Under the pieces are notes generated by a model. It ran no database searches. It was not told the origin of the DNA and saw only the letters and a list, made by a program, of their open reading frames with translations. Of a stretch of 64,000 bases of DNA, positions 9,182-19,084 are shown piece after piece. The translations under genes were made by a program, and so were the position numbers. The stretch's first letter is position 1, and the number at the start of each line of letters is the position of its first letter. Origin of the DNA: an uncultured Bifidobacteriaceae bacterium (GTDB lineage Bacteria; Verrucomicrobiota; Verrucomicrobiia; Limisphaerales; UBA11358); contig CAYVGC010000005.1 of the NCBI GenBank assembly GCA_964449815.1, forward strand, positions 1,275-65,274, given 5' to 3'.

Positions 9182-10084
9182 ATGGTCGCCAAAAAAACAC
9201 CCTTTGACCTGAACCATTTCCTTGCCACGCGCACCGAAACCGTCAACACCGCGCTCGACAAGTTTTTGCCCGGTGAGAAGACAAAGCCCGCCACAATTCA
9301 CCGGGCCATGCGCTACTCGCTCTTCGCCGGCGGCAAGCGGATGCGCCCGGCCCTGCTCCTGGCCGCCGCCGAGGCTTGTGGCGGCAGCGACGCCGTCGCC
9401 CTGCCCCTCGCCTGCGCCGTCGAATGCATCCACACCTACTCGCTCATCCACGACGATCTGCCGGCGATGGACAACGACGATTACCGCCGCGGCAAGCTGA
9501 CCAATCACAAAGTTTTTGGCGAAGGCATCGCCGTGCTCGCGGGCGACGCGCTGCTGACGCAGTCGTTTGAGATCGCCGCGCAATGCAAAAAATTTCCGCG
9601 CTATCCGCACGACAAAATTATTTTGGAAATCGCCAAAGCCGCCGGCTCGCTGCAACTCGTCGGCGGGCAGGTGGCCGATCTCGAAGGCGAAAACAAGAAG
9701 CTTTCCGTGGCCGAACTCCGCTACATCCACGAGCGCAAGACCTCCGCGCTGCTGTGCTGTTCCGTGCGGCTCGGCGGCATGAGCGCCAACTGCACGCCCG
9801 CACAGCTCGCGGCGCTCACCGACTTCGGCTACCACGTCGGCCTCGCGTTCCAGGTGATTGACGACATTCTGGACGTGACGCAGACCAGCGAGCAGCTCGG
9901 CAAGACGGCGGGCAAGGACGTGGCCGTGCAAAAGGCGACCTATCCGGCCATCGTGGGCCTGGAGAAATCGCGGAAGATTGCGGCGCAACTGACGGCCAAG
10001 GCGTTTGCCGCGCTGGACATTTTCAAGGGCAAAGCCGTCGCCCTCGAAGCGCTGGCGGAATTTCTGTTGAAGCGGGATAAATGA
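9182..10084 (+). CDS. ispA: Polyprenyl (farnesyl/geranylgeranyl) diphosphate synthase
   Basis: First Asp-rich motif LIHDDLPAMDNDDYRRGK and second motif FQVIDDILD. Confidence 0.9.
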   Translation: MVAKKTPFDLNHFLATRTETVNTALDKFLPGEKTKPATIHRAMRYSLFAGGKRMRPALLLAAAEACGGSDAVALPLACAVECIHTYSLIHDDLPAMDNDDYRRGKLTNHKVFGEGIAVLAGDALLTQSFEIAAQCKKFPRYPHDKIILEIAKAAGSLQLVGGQVADLEGENKKLSVAELRYIHERKTSALLCCSVRLGGMSANCTPAQLAALTDFGYHVGLAFQVIDDILDVTQTSEQLGKTAGKDVAVQKATYPAIVGLEKSRKIAAQLTAKAFAALDIFKGKAVALEALAEFLLKRDK

Positions 10085-10281
10085 TTTTATCCGATGCCCT
10101 CAAGCCGGTCAGAGTAAACATTGGCCGGCGGCGTGCAACCGGCGGAATCAAAAACCAGGCGTTTGGAAACGATTCCAACGGGACAACTGCCGCCATTTCG
10201 CATTCCGGCCGCGATGCAAGAATTCATTGGGTGACAATAATGTGAACTGGACGAACACGGCAATTTTGCTATGATCCAGCC

Positions 10282-10554
10282 GTGCCGAACCACACCAAAA
10301 ACCCGGGGCAAAACAGTCCCGCCAAAAGTCCGCCGTTCGAGGAAGCGCTGCAAAAGCTCGAAGCTGTCGTGGAAGCGATGGAGGCGGATGACCTGCCGCT
10401 CGAAATGTTGCTCGCGAAATATGAGGAGGGCGCGAAGCTGGTCAAAATCTGCCAGGAAAAACTGGCCGAAGCCGAGTTGAAAATCCAGCAGCTTGAGAAG
10501 ACAGCCGCGGGCGAAATGAAATTGAAGCCGTTTGAAGAAGACGTTGAATCGTGA
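10282..10554 (+). CDS. xseB: Exodeoxyribonuclease VII small subunit
   Basis: FEEALQKLEAVVEAMEADDLPLEMLLAKYEEGAKL is an XseB helical-hairpin sequence. It sits in the classical xseB/ispA/dxs neighbourhood. Confidence 0.85.
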   Translation: MPNHTKNPGQNSPAKSPPFEEALQKLEAVVEAMEADDLPLEMLLAKYEEGAKLVKICQEKLAEAELKIQQLEKTAAGEMKLKPFEEDVES

Positions 10555-10626
10555 ACCGTTCAATCGTTGCATTGGAAACCTTGCAACGATGCAACGATGC
10601 AAACCATTCAGCAATGTAACGAAAAT

Positions 10627-12612
10627 ATGAGCCGATACTTGGACATGGTGGACGGGCCGGAGCATGTGAAAAAACTCACGGTGCCGCAGTTGCAGGAACT
10701 CGCCGGTGAAATCCGCACGGAGTTGATCGAGGGCCTGGCCAAAGGCGGCGGCCATCTCGGCCCGAACCTCGGCGTCGTGGAACTCACCATCGCGCTGCAC
10801 AAGGTTTTCACCACGCCCAGGGACAAGTTTGTCTGGGACGTGAGCCATCAGGTTTATGTCCACAAGCTTTTGACCGGCCGCAAAAGCCGGTTCCGCACGA
10901 TCCGGCAGACGGACGGCCTGAACGGCTTTGCGCTGCGCACCGAGAGCGAGCATGATTGTTTCGGCGCGGGCCACGCGGGCACGGCGCTCTCCGCCGCGCT
11001 CGGCATGGCGGCGGCCCGCGACAAGCGCGGCACGAATGAAAACATCGTCTGCATTTTCGGCGACGCGGCGCTGACCAACGGCATTTCCTTTGAGGCGATC
11101 AACAACGTCAGCCACACGACGAAAAAATTCATCGGCATCCTCAACGACAACGAGTGGAGCATCGCCAAAAACGTCGGCGCGTTTTCCGGCTACCTCAACC
11201 GGCTGATCACCCATCCGCGCTACAACAAGCTGGCGAAGGATTTTGACAATTTCGTCCGCCGGCTGCCGAAGGGCGGCGTGGCCATGCAGCTCGCGCATCG
11301 CGCGGAAGGCGGTTTCAAAGGCGCGATCACCAGCGTCGGCCTGCAGCAGACCCCGCAGGCGATGGACACCGACGGGCGCGGCGGCTACGGCAGCCCGGTG
11401 TTTTTCGAGGAGATGGGCATCCGCTATCTCGGCCCGATTGACGGCCATAATCTGCCGTTGCTCATCAGCACCCTGGAATTTGCCAAGACCTGCGACCATC
11501 CGATTGTCATCCACATCCTCACGCAAAAGGGCAAGGGCTATGAGGCCGCGCTGAAATCGCCGGAAAAGTTCCACGGCCTCGGACCCTACAACGCCGCGAC
11601 CGGCGAAACGCCCGTCATCAAACCCGGCACGCCGCCCGCCTACCAGGACGTGATGGGCCAGACGTTGGTCAAGCTCTGCCAGAACAACCAAAACCTCGTC
11701 GGCCTCACCGCCGCCATGCCCACGGGCACCGGCATGAAGCATCTGGAGAAGGCGATGCCCGACCGCTATTTCGACGTTGGCATCGCCGAGGAGCACGCCG
11801 TCATCTTTGCCGCCGGCATGGCGACGATGGGGTTCCATCCCGTCGTGGCGATCTATTCCACGTTCCTCCAGCGCGCCTACGACTGCATCCATCACGACGT
11901 CTGCCTACAGGATTTGCCGGTGGTTTTCTGCATGGACCGCGCCGGGCTTTCCGCCAACGACGGCCCGACGCATCACGGCCTGTTCGACATCGCGTATCTG
12001 CGCTGCTTCCCGAACGTCATCGCCATGGCGCCGGCCAACGAGGACGAGCTCGCGGACATGATGTTCACCGCCACGAAACAGAATCATCCAACCTTCATCC
12101 GCTATCCGCGCGGCACGGCGGAAGGCGTGCCGGTGAAAGCCAAACCGCAGTTGCTGGAAATCGGCAAGGCGCAGGTCGTGCAGGATTTTGCGAACAACGG
12201 CCGGCGCAAAGTCGCGCTGTTCGGCCTCGGCCCGATGAACACCCTCGCGCGCAAAGCCGCCGCGCAGCTCAACGCCGACGGCTACGATGTGGCCGTCATC
12301 AATCCGCGCTTCACCAAGCCGGTGGACGCCACCACCACGGAAGCGTTTGGCCGCGCCGCCGAAGTCGTCGTGACGCTGGAAGATCATGTGCTCATGGGCG
12401 GCTACGGTTCCGCCGTGCTGGAACTCTTCAGCGAAAAGGCCGTGACCACGCCCGTCGTGCGCATCGGCTGGCCGGATCAATTCATCGAGCACGCCTCCAC
12501 GCAGGACGAACTCCGCGCCAAATACGGCCTGTCCGTCGAGAATACCGTCGCCAGGGTGAAGGCGCAGTTTGGCGAAACCAGCGCAGCCTCGAAGCAACTT
12601 GCCGTTGCGTAA
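10627..12612 (+). CDS. dxs: 1-deoxy-D-xylulose-5-phosphate synthase
   Basis: Full-length Dxs-like sequence (GGHLGPNLGVVELT, GDGALTNG-like GDAALTNG, transketolase C-terminal domain). Start moved to ATG 10627 (MSRYLDMVDGPEH). Confidence 0.95.
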   Translation: MSRYLDMVDGPEHVKKLTVPQLQELAGEIRTELIEGLAKGGGHLGPNLGVVELTIALHKVFTTPRDKFVWDVSHQVYVHKLLTGRKSRFRTIRQTDGLNGFALRTESEHDCFGAGHAGTALSAALGMAAARDKRGTNENIVCIFGDAALTNGISFEAINNVSHTTKKFIGILNDNEWSIAKNVGAFSGYLNRLITHPRYNKLAKDFDNFVRRLPKGGVAMQLAHRAEGGFKGAITSVGLQQTPQAMDTDGRGGYGSPVFFEEMGIRYLGPIDGHNLPLLISTLEFAKTCDHPIVIHILTQKGKGYEAALKSPEKFHGLGPYNAATGETPVIKPGTPPAYQDVMGQTLVKLCQNNQNLVGLTAAMPTGTGMKHLEKAMPDRYFDVGIAEEHAVIFAAGMATMGFHPVVAIYSTFLQRAYDCIHHDVCLQDLPVVFCMDRAGLSANDGPTHHGLFDIAYLRCFPNVIAMAPANEDELADMMFTATKQNHPTFIRYPRGTAEGVPVKAKPQLLEIGKAQVVQDFANNGRRKVALFGLGPMNTLARKAAAQLNADGYDVAVINPRFTKPVDATTTEAFGRAAEVVVTLEDHVLMGGYGSAVLELFSEKAVTTPVVRIGWPDQFIEHASTQDELRAKYGLSVENTVARVKAQFGETSAASKQLAVA

Positions 12613-12816
12613 TGAAAATTCAACAGCCAGGGATTCAGTCGGTTTTACGCTGACTGAACCTTTGGTCGTCAAGTGCCCACCACAGAAAACATCGGAGTGG
12701 AAAAGTCTTGGATATGCGTCAGCAATGCAACATCCGCGTCTTGACTTGAACGACAATTTGAAATGAAATGAAACGCATTGCACTTGAGTTCATTCATTTG
12801 AAATAAGGCCAGCAAT

Positions 12817-13473
12817 ATGTCTGTAAAACTTTTAAGCCACGATGCAAAACAATATTTGCAACTACGAATAAGGGAGTGGCGAAACTCTATAAGTAAATGG
12901 GAAGATATTAAAAGAAGGCTCCCAAATCAAGGAAGTGGGAGCTTTATGCATAAACGCTATTCCTTAAATTCTCAAAGTCATTCCATGTCCGATTTGATCA
13001 TGGAGATGGAGGCATTCTTAACGAAGTCAGAATTGTGGCAAAAAACAAACGATGACCCGACTCCTGTTGCTGGTCCCCCGGAAACGATGAAATCAATTTT
13101 TAAGAAAGAGATAAAGGGTGTGGTTATTTTGTGTTGCAATGCTTTTTTTGAAGTCAGTGGTTTGTATTCAACAGATGAAGCCAAGTTGTTGGTTCAAGAA
13201 AAAATCAGGAAGAGCAAAAGTGAAGTTGATTACTTAAAGTTCCGCCAAGAGACGCCTGAAGCCAGTTTGGAATATGAACGACTGCCAATTCCTGAAACGG
13301 TTCGAAACGAAGTTTGGCGGCGCGACCAGGGAAAATGTGCGCGATGCAAATCTGTCCGCAATTTAGAATTTGATCACATTATTCCAGTTTCCAAAGGCGG
13401 CAGCAATACAGCCAGAAACATTGAACTCCTTTGCGAGACTTGTAACCGACAGAAAAGTGCCAGCATTGGGTAA
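12817..13473 (+). CDS. HNH endonuclease-domain protein
   Basis: The C-terminus VWRRDQGKCARCKSVRNLEFDHIIPVSKGGSNTARNIELLCETCNRQK is an HNH motif. The N-terminal ~150 aa are unassigned. Single-gene AT-rich islet between dxs and uxaC. Confidence 0.8.
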   Translation: MSVKLLSHDAKQYLQLRIREWRNSISKWEDIKRRLPNQGSGSFMHKRYSLNSQSHSMSDLIMEMEAFLTKSELWQKTNDDPTPVAGPPETMKSIFKKEIKGVVILCCNAFFEVSGLYSTDEAKLLVQEKIRKSKSEVDYLKFRQETPEASLEYERLPIPETVRNEVWRRDQGKCARCKSVRNLEFDHIIPVSKGGSNTARNIELLCETCNRQKSASIG

Positions 13474-13635
13474 GTTGATTCATCATAAAGGCCAAGTGTT
13501 TTGCGACGGCCATGTGGAATCGCCGGCGCTGCAGTATCTTTTCGCGGACACCAGCGACGACGCCCTGCGCCGCTGGAACCGCGACCATCAGCCCCACCGC
13601 GAACGGCTGGTTCCGTGATTTCCAGGACCATGACC

Positions 13636-15045
13636 TTATTTCACGCCGGGGAAGGCCAGGTATTTTTTGGCGTTGGCGCAGCAGATGTTCTTGATCATCG
13701 GGCCGACGAGACTTTCGTCATCAGGAATCAAACCATTCTTCATGTCGCGGCCGATCAGATTGCACAGGTTGCGGCGGAAATACTCGTGGCGCGGATAGCT
13801 CATAAACGAACGCGAGTCGGTGATCATGCCGATGAAGCGCGAGAGCAAACCGAGGTTTGAGAGCGCGTTGAGCTGCCATTCCATGCCTTCCTTCTGGTCA
13901 AGAAACCACCAGCCGGAGCCGTATTGGATCTTGCCGGGAATCGTGCCGTCCTGAAAATTCCCGATCATCGCCGCGAACACATAATTGTCCGCCGGGTTCA
14001 AATTATAGACGATGGTTTTCGGCAGCAAATTGTCGGCATCCAGCTTGTTCAAATACGCCGCCAGCGTCTGCGCCTGCGGAAAATCGCCGATGGAATCAAA
14101 GCCCGTGTCCGGGCCGAGCTGCTTGAGCAGCCGCGTGTTGTTGTTGCGCAGCGCGCCGAGGTGAAGCTGCTGGGTCCAGCCGCGCCTGGCATCAAGCTGG
14201 CCGAAGAAGACCATCATGAACGAGGCGAACTGGGAATGTTCCAGCGGCGAAACCGCTTCGCCCTTGCGCGCCTGGTCAAAAATCCCGGCGGCAACTTTTT
14301 CGGAACAGAAATCCGCAAAACAATGGTTCAGACCGTGGTCGGACAGCCGGCAGTTCTGCGAATGAAAATACTCGTGCCGCTTCTCCAGCGCGCTGATGAA
14401 CGCACTGAAGCCATTGATGTCCACGTTCGCGGCGGCGGCAAGCTGCTCCACCCACAGGTTGAAGCCTGCGGGCGAGTTCACCGTCAGCGCCCGGTCGGGC
14501 CGGAACGCCGGCAGCATCTTGGTCGGATGGCCGGATTTGGCAAACGTGCGGTGAAATTCCAGGTTGTCCACCGGGTCGTCCGTCGTGCAGACGACTTTGA
14601 CCTTCATCTTTTTCAGGATGCCCTGCGTCGTGAACGCCGGCGTGGCGAGCTGTTCGTTCGCCTGCTTCCAGATTTTTGCGGCGGTCTTTTCGCCCAACAA
14701 CTCGCCGATGCCGAAGTGGCGCTTGAGTTCCAAGTGCGTCCAGTGGTAAAGCGGATTGCGCAGCGTGTGCGGCACGGTTCTGGCCCAGGCCTTGAACTTC
14801 TCCTCCGGCGCGGCGTTGCCGGTGACGAATTTTTCCGCGACGCCGTTGCTGCGCATCGCGCGCCACTTGTAATGATCGCCTTCCAGCCAGATTTCAAACA
14901 GGTTTTTGAACCGCCGGTTCTCCGCAATGTCCTTCGGCGGAAGATGGCAGTGGTAGTCAAAAATCGGTTCCGCCCCGGCGAATTTGTGGTAAAGCCGGCG
15001 CGCGGGCTTGTTGCCCAGCAGAAAATCTTCGTGGATGAAGGCCAT
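13636..15045 (-). CDS. uxaC: Glucuronate isomerase
   Basis: FLLGNKPARRLYHKFAGAEPIFDYHCHLPPKDI and 469-aa length are typical of UxaC. Confidence 0.92.
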   Translation of the reverse strand: MAFIHEDFLLGNKPARRLYHKFAGAEPIFDYHCHLPPKDIAENRRFKNLFEIWLEGDHYKWRAMRSNGVAEKFVTGNAAPEEKFKAWARTVPHTLRNPLYHWTHLELKRHFGIGELLGEKTAAKIWKQANEQLATPAFTTQGILKKMKVKVVCTTDDPVDNLEFHRTFAKSGHPTKMLPAFRPDRALTVNSPAGFNLWVEQLAAAANVDINGFSAFISALEKRHEYFHSQNCRLSDHGLNHCFADFCSEKVAAGIFDQARKGEAVSPLEHSQFASFMMVFFGQLDARRGWTQQLHLGALRNNNTRLLKQLGPDTGFDSIGDFPQAQTLAAYLNKLDADNLLPKTIVYNLNPADNYVFAAMIGNFQDGTIPGKIQYGSGWWFLDQKEGMEWQLNALSNLGLLSRFIGMITDSRSFMSYPRHEYFRRNLCNLIGRDMKNGLIPDDESLVGPMIKNICCANAKKYLAFPGVK

Positions 15046-15048
15046 GGG

Positions 15049-16311
15049 TTATTTGCCCAAGAGTAATGGTTTCATGTGCCGCTCGAAAAGATTTTCCGTC
15101 ACATTTTTGGCCACGACGGCCTCGTGCTTTTTGAGCGCGCGGAGATAGCGGCCGCCCATTTTCGCCGCCACCTTGAAGCTGACGTGCAGCAACTGCCGGA
15201 GGCTCGGATTGAAATTCGGATTTTTCCGGTCGTGGCGCAGCGCGTCGGTGAACTGCCTGGAACTCCAGCCGTTCACGGTCGCCGCGCCCGGCAGCTTGGT
15301 TTTATCAATGTCAATCACGCTGGCGTAAGGCGCGCAAAATTCGTCCACATGTCCGATGGCGCCGGCGTAAATCTCCTTCGCAATTTCCAGCCCGTCGCCG
15401 CCCGCTTCCGCGAGGCCGATGAGTTCTTCCAGCCACGTCGTGCCGGCGGTCTTGATATGCACGCCCGCGTTGAATTTCTTCAAGGCGCGGCGCATCGGCT
15501 CGTAAATGGAAAACTTGTCGCTGCCGGAATGCACGCTCAGCTTGAGCGACGGCGGCAGGCCGTATTTCTTGATGGCGAAGGCGATGACGGCAAGGTCCTC
15601 GTTGAATTCTTTTTCAAACTGTTTCACGTCGCCGACATAATCCACGCCCTTGTTGAACCGGCCGGTGAATTTCGGCGCGATGGTCTGGATGGGAATTTTC
15701 TGGTCCGCAATCGCGGCGAGAATGATCAGCAGTTCCGGCGGCGTCTGCGGACTGTCGGTCTCATCCATCGAAACTTCGGTGATGAAATTTTCCGTGCCCT
15801 TGGCCCCGGCGATGTGCCGGTAAATTTTCCCCGCGTCCTGCACGGCGAGCAAAAACTTGTCCGCCACACGCCCGATTTCCGCGCGCGTAATTTCAAACGG
15901 CCGGTCAATGTGCGGGATGGAAATTTTCCCAACGAGTTCGGGATGGCGTTCAACAAAAAATTTTGCGTCCGCCGCCGCTGCCGGCTTCGCAATCGAGTCG
16001 GCCACGTCAATCGTGAAAAAATCCGACGGCGCGATAAAGCGGTCCACCGTTTCCAGGCGGATGTGGTCGGCGTCCACGTGATAGGATTTTTTCCAGCCGA
16101 GCGCCTTCACCGCCGCATCGGCCTCGGCGCGCAGGGACGACGGCTCCGTGCCGACGAAGGAGTGTTCGCGGTTCGATTTGTTCCAGACGGGGATGAACTC
16201 CGCGCCGAGGGCGGTCGCTTTGATGCAGGCTTGCAGTTGCGCCCCGCCCTGTTGGCCGAAACGGTCGCCCAGGCCGAAGGAGAATTTGCCAAGGGGAAGA
16301 TATTTGCTCAT
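15049..16311 (-). CDS. uxaE: Tagaturonate/fructuronate epimerase (UxaE family)
   Basis: N-terminus MSKYLPLGKFSFGLGDRFGQQG is UxaE-like from memory. It lies directly upstream of uxaC in the same orientation. Start moved to ATG 16311. Confidence 0.65.
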   Translation of the reverse strand: MSKYLPLGKFSFGLGDRFGQQGGAQLQACIKATALGAEFIPVWNKSNREHSFVGTEPSSLRAEADAAVKALGWKKSYHVDADHIRLETVDRFIAPSDFFTIDVADSIAKPAAAADAKFFVERHPELVGKISIPHIDRPFEITRAEIGRVADKFLLAVQDAGKIYRHIAGAKGTENFITEVSMDETDSPQTPPELLIILAAIADQKIPIQTIAPKFTGRFNKGVDYVGDVKQFEKEFNEDLAVIAFAIKKYGLPPSLKLSVHSGSDKFSIYEPMRRALKKFNAGVHIKTAGTTWLEELIGLAEAGGDGLEIAKEIYAGAIGHVDEFCAPYASVIDIDKTKLPGAATVNGWSSRQFTDALRHDRKNPNFNPSLRQLLHVSFKVAAKMGGRYLRALKKHEAVVAKNVTENLFERHMKPLLLGK

Positions 16312-17155
16312 AAATTGGTTGGTGGCCGCAGTGTAATGCAATTGAACGGCCCCAGGCCAAGCGATATTTGGAAAATTTCGCCGCACGGTCGCGGCCCGCA
16401 GATGAATCAGACCGCCAGCAGCACCGTGTGAGTTAAAATGAATTGTCCATGCCGGGCAACCGGCTTAATTTGCCGCCATGCCCAAGGCCAAGCACCCCAA
16501 AGCGGCGCTATTGGTTCAAAAGCAGTTCTTCGCCAGCCTGACCAGCTTTGCCGAATTGGAACAGAAAATCGCCGCGCTGCCCGACGAACAATCTCGCGGG
16601 GCTGCGTTTGAAGTTTTCGCCGAAGCCTATCTCACCACGCAACGCAAATACGACGCCGCGCAAGTTTGGCCGCACGGTTCCGTGCCGCCGGACACCCTGA
16701 GACGTCTCGGCCTCACGGAATCCGATCAGGGCGTGGACGGCGTGCTACAAACCTTGCTCGGCCAGTTCAACGCCTATCAAGTCAAGTTCCGCACCAGACG
16801 CCAGGCTCTGACTTGGCGCGAACTTTCCACCTTCATCGGCCTGGCCGACAGCCCGCACATTCACAGCCGCGTGCTGCTCACCAACTGCGACGAACTGCCC
16901 GCCGTCCTCAATGACCGTCAGGGCTTCTTCTGCATTCGTGGCTCGGACTTGGATCGGTTGGAAGCCGGTGACTTCCGCGCGATGGAAGCCTGGCTGGGCG
17001 ACGCCGCTTACATCGCGCCGAAAAAATCGCCGCAACCGCACCAGACCGAAGCACTGGACGCCTTGCTGCCTGCGCTGCAAAGGCACGACCGTGTTTCCGC
17101 CATCATGGCCTGCGGCACCGGCAAAACACTCGTCGCACTGTGGGTTGCGGAAAGC

Positions 17156-17375
17156 GTAGCGCAGGCGTCCACGCCTGCGGGTTCCGGCGGCGTCCCGCCG
17201 CCAGTCGGGGGACACGCACCGGGACGGTGCTTGAATCCTAGCCGGAACGATGCAGTTGCCAGCGAGCGTGGCTGCGATGCCTCGTCGCGCGAAACAATCA
17301 ATGCATCATTTGCTTTGGCCGGCGGCTCCGGCGACGAGGCGTCGCCAACACGCTCTGCGACGAGGGCGTCGCAGC
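17156..17375. repeat. GC-rich palindromic insertion (REP/MITE-like family A, long copy) inside the helicase pseudogene
   Basis: The head GTAGCGCAGGCGTCCACGCCTGCGGGTTCCGGCGGCGTCCCGCCGCC (17156-17202) is nearly identical to the head at 18167-18212. It contains hairpins CGCAGGCG/CGCCTGCG and GGCGGCG/CGCCGCC. An inverted repeat GGCTGCGATGCCTCGTCGC ... GCGACGAGGGCGTCGCAGCC lies at about 17271-17373. It splits helicase motif I from the following strand (VAESV | PRILILLPS). Confidence 0.7.
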
Positions 17376-18166
17376 CACGCATTCTCATCCTGCTCCCTTC
17401 GCTCGCGCTGCTGCGCCAGACCCTGCACGAATGGCTTCGCGAAACCAATTTGCCGAATCTCGCCTATCTCTGCGTCTGCTCCGATGCCAGCGTGAAGGAA
17501 GGCATTGACGCGCTCACCACGCAACAATCCGACCTCGACTTCCAAGTCTCCACCGAAGCCGCGAGTGTGCGCAGTTTTTTGGACGCGCCCTTTGCCGGCG
17601 TGAAAATGATTTTCTCCACCTACCAGTCCGCGTCCATGGTGGGCGCGACGATGAAGCCGGGCGAGACGTTTGATTTTGCCGTGTTCGACGAAGCGCACAA
17701 AACCGCCGGACGCGCAGGCCGCAACTTCGCCTTCGCCCTCGACGACCAAAATCTGCCCATCCGCAAACGCCTGTTCCTCACCGCCATGCCGCGCCATTAC
17801 AATCCGCACGACCGCGACCGCGAAGGCGAGGCCCGGCTGCTGTTTTCCATGGACAATCCCGCCGTCTATGGCCCGCAAGCCTATCGCCTGACGTTTGCCG
17901 AAGCCGCCCGCCGGGGGCATCATCTGCGGCTACAAAGTCATCATCTCCGTCATCACCTCCGAAATGGTGACGAACGCCTGTTGAGCCACGGCGAAGTGCT
18001 GGTGAACGGCGACGCCGTGCGCGCCCGGCAGGTGGCCAACCAGATTGCCCTGCGCGATGCCATTGAAAAATTCGGCGGAAAAAAGTGTTCACGTTTCATC
18101 GCGACGTGAAATCCGCGCAATCCTTCGTCAGCGCCGGCCCGGAGGGCGTCGGCACGCATCTCAATG

Positions 18167-18273
18167 GTAGCGCAGGCTTCCAGCCTGCGGGTTCAAGCGG
18201 CGTCCCCGCCGCAAGTTCCGAAACTGCGGGCGGGGACGCCCGCCTAACCCGCACGCAAGATGCGTGCGCTACG
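18167..18273. repeat. GC-rich palindromic insertion (family A, short copy) inside the helicase pseudogene
   Basis: GTAGCGCAGGCTTCCAGCCTGCGGGTTCAAGCGGCGTCCCCGCCGC followed by GCGGGCGGGGACGC and ACGCAAGATGCGTGCG hairpins. Its head matches the 17156 copy at about 40 of 46 positions. Confidence 0.7.
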
Positions 18274-18548
18274 TTTCAAACCTTCCACGTCAACGGCTCC
18301 ATGCCGACCGCGCGCCGCGAACGCGAACTGCGCGACTTCCGGGCGGCGGCGCGGGCCGTGGTATCCAATGCCCGCTGTTTGACGGAAGGCGTGGATGTTC
18401 CCGCCGTGGACATGGTCGCGTTCCTTTCGCCGCGCCGCGCCGGGTGGACATTGTGCAAGCCACCGGCCGCGCCATGCGCCGCTCGCCGGGAAAAACCACC
18501 GGCTATGTGCTGGTGCCGCTGTATGTCGAATTGTCTGCCGGCGAATGC

Positions 18549-18708
18549 GCGAAGCGTCGTGGAGTGCGCCGTTGCTCTGGCGCTTTGGGTGGGCGCGACG
18601 CCGAAAACGGCAACCGGGACGGGCGCGCTCCCCAGCAAAGTCCCATTGGTGGCCGTGCGCAAGCACCGGCCAATGGCGGTTTGGGGTGGACGAACGGGGC
18701 AAAGGGCG
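18549..18708. repeat. ~150-bp dispersed repeat, copy 1 (family B)
   Basis: GCGAAGCGTCGTGGAGTGCGCC...CTCTGGCGCTTTGGGTGGGCGCGACGCCGAAAACGGCAACCGGGACGGGCGCGCTCCCC...GGTGGACGAACGGGGCAAAGGGCG aligns along its whole length with 19085-19228. Confidence 0.8.
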
Positions 18709-18726
18709 CGGAGTCGCGGAGCGACG

Positions 18727-18891
18727 GCAGATAGTAGCCCACGGCGCGAGCCGTGGGTTAAACGAACCAAACGAATCCAGCCCCGGAGGGGGCGAAAGAA
18801 GATTACCGGCGGCTGGTTTTCTGTCGCCCCATCCGGGGCTTGGATGGTGTTGACGACCAGACCCACGGTTTCACCGTGGGCTACTATCTGC
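18727..18891. mobile_element. 165-bp MITE-like element with perfect 18-bp terminal inverted repeats
   Basis: GCAGATAGTAGCCCACGG (18727-18744) is the exact reverse complement of CCGTGGGCTACTATCTGC (18874-18891). Each end also forms a local CCCACGG...CCGTGGG hairpin. No coding capacity. Confidence 0.7.
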
Positions 18892-19084
18892 CGCGCCTCC
18901 GGCGCTGGAGCCGGCCGTGCGCCAGGGTGGCCGGCGGTAAAGACCCGGCCAAAGGCAGTTTGAGGTGGACGAACGGGGCAAAGGGCGTTTGAAATTACGA
19001 GCGTGTTTCGTGCGCGTTGAAAAAGCGGTGGAGGGCCACCGCACTCCAAGACGCTGGCGCGTTGACCGAGGGCCATCGAACCGC

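Larger units (their letters stand above)
16478..18545 (+). pseudogene. Decayed PD-(D/E)xK nuclease / SF2 (DEAH) helicase fusion gene
   Basis: Motifs present: an N-terminal nuclease-like module (DQGVDGV...YQVKF) and helicase motifs I MACGTGKT, II FDEAHK, III LTAMP and V EGVDVPAVDMV. Motif VI QATGRAMR is readable only in a shifted frame. Disruptions: two GC-rich insertions (17156-17375 and 18167-18273); a garbled His/Arg stretch at 17913-17985 whose alternative frame reads GIICGYKVIISVITSEMV; a frameshift in an A6 run at 18079-18084; another frameshift near 18436-18443; and a 3' end lost into repeats. Confidence 0.75.

Noticed and set aside
10573-10608. Hairpin ATCGTTGCA...TGCAACGAT followed by a second GCAACGAT between xseB and dxs, as a possible attenuator or riboswitch
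   Set aside because: It is a short stem with no T-tract and no recognisable riboswitch core, and I know of no regulatory element upstream of dxs. Noted only as a local repeat.
10087-11895. 602-aa minus-strand ORF antisense to dxs
   Set aside because: This is a shadow ORF typical of GC-rich coding DNA, while the sense strand encodes an unmistakable Dxs. The same reasoning applies to 3245..3736, 3908..4507, 4525..5730, 5598..6098, 6523..7716, 7568..8131, 9176..9988, 11905..12783, 13924..15066, 15076..16431, 50697..53096, 53839..54843, 54815..56488, 57762..59375, 59848..61470 and 61669..62301.
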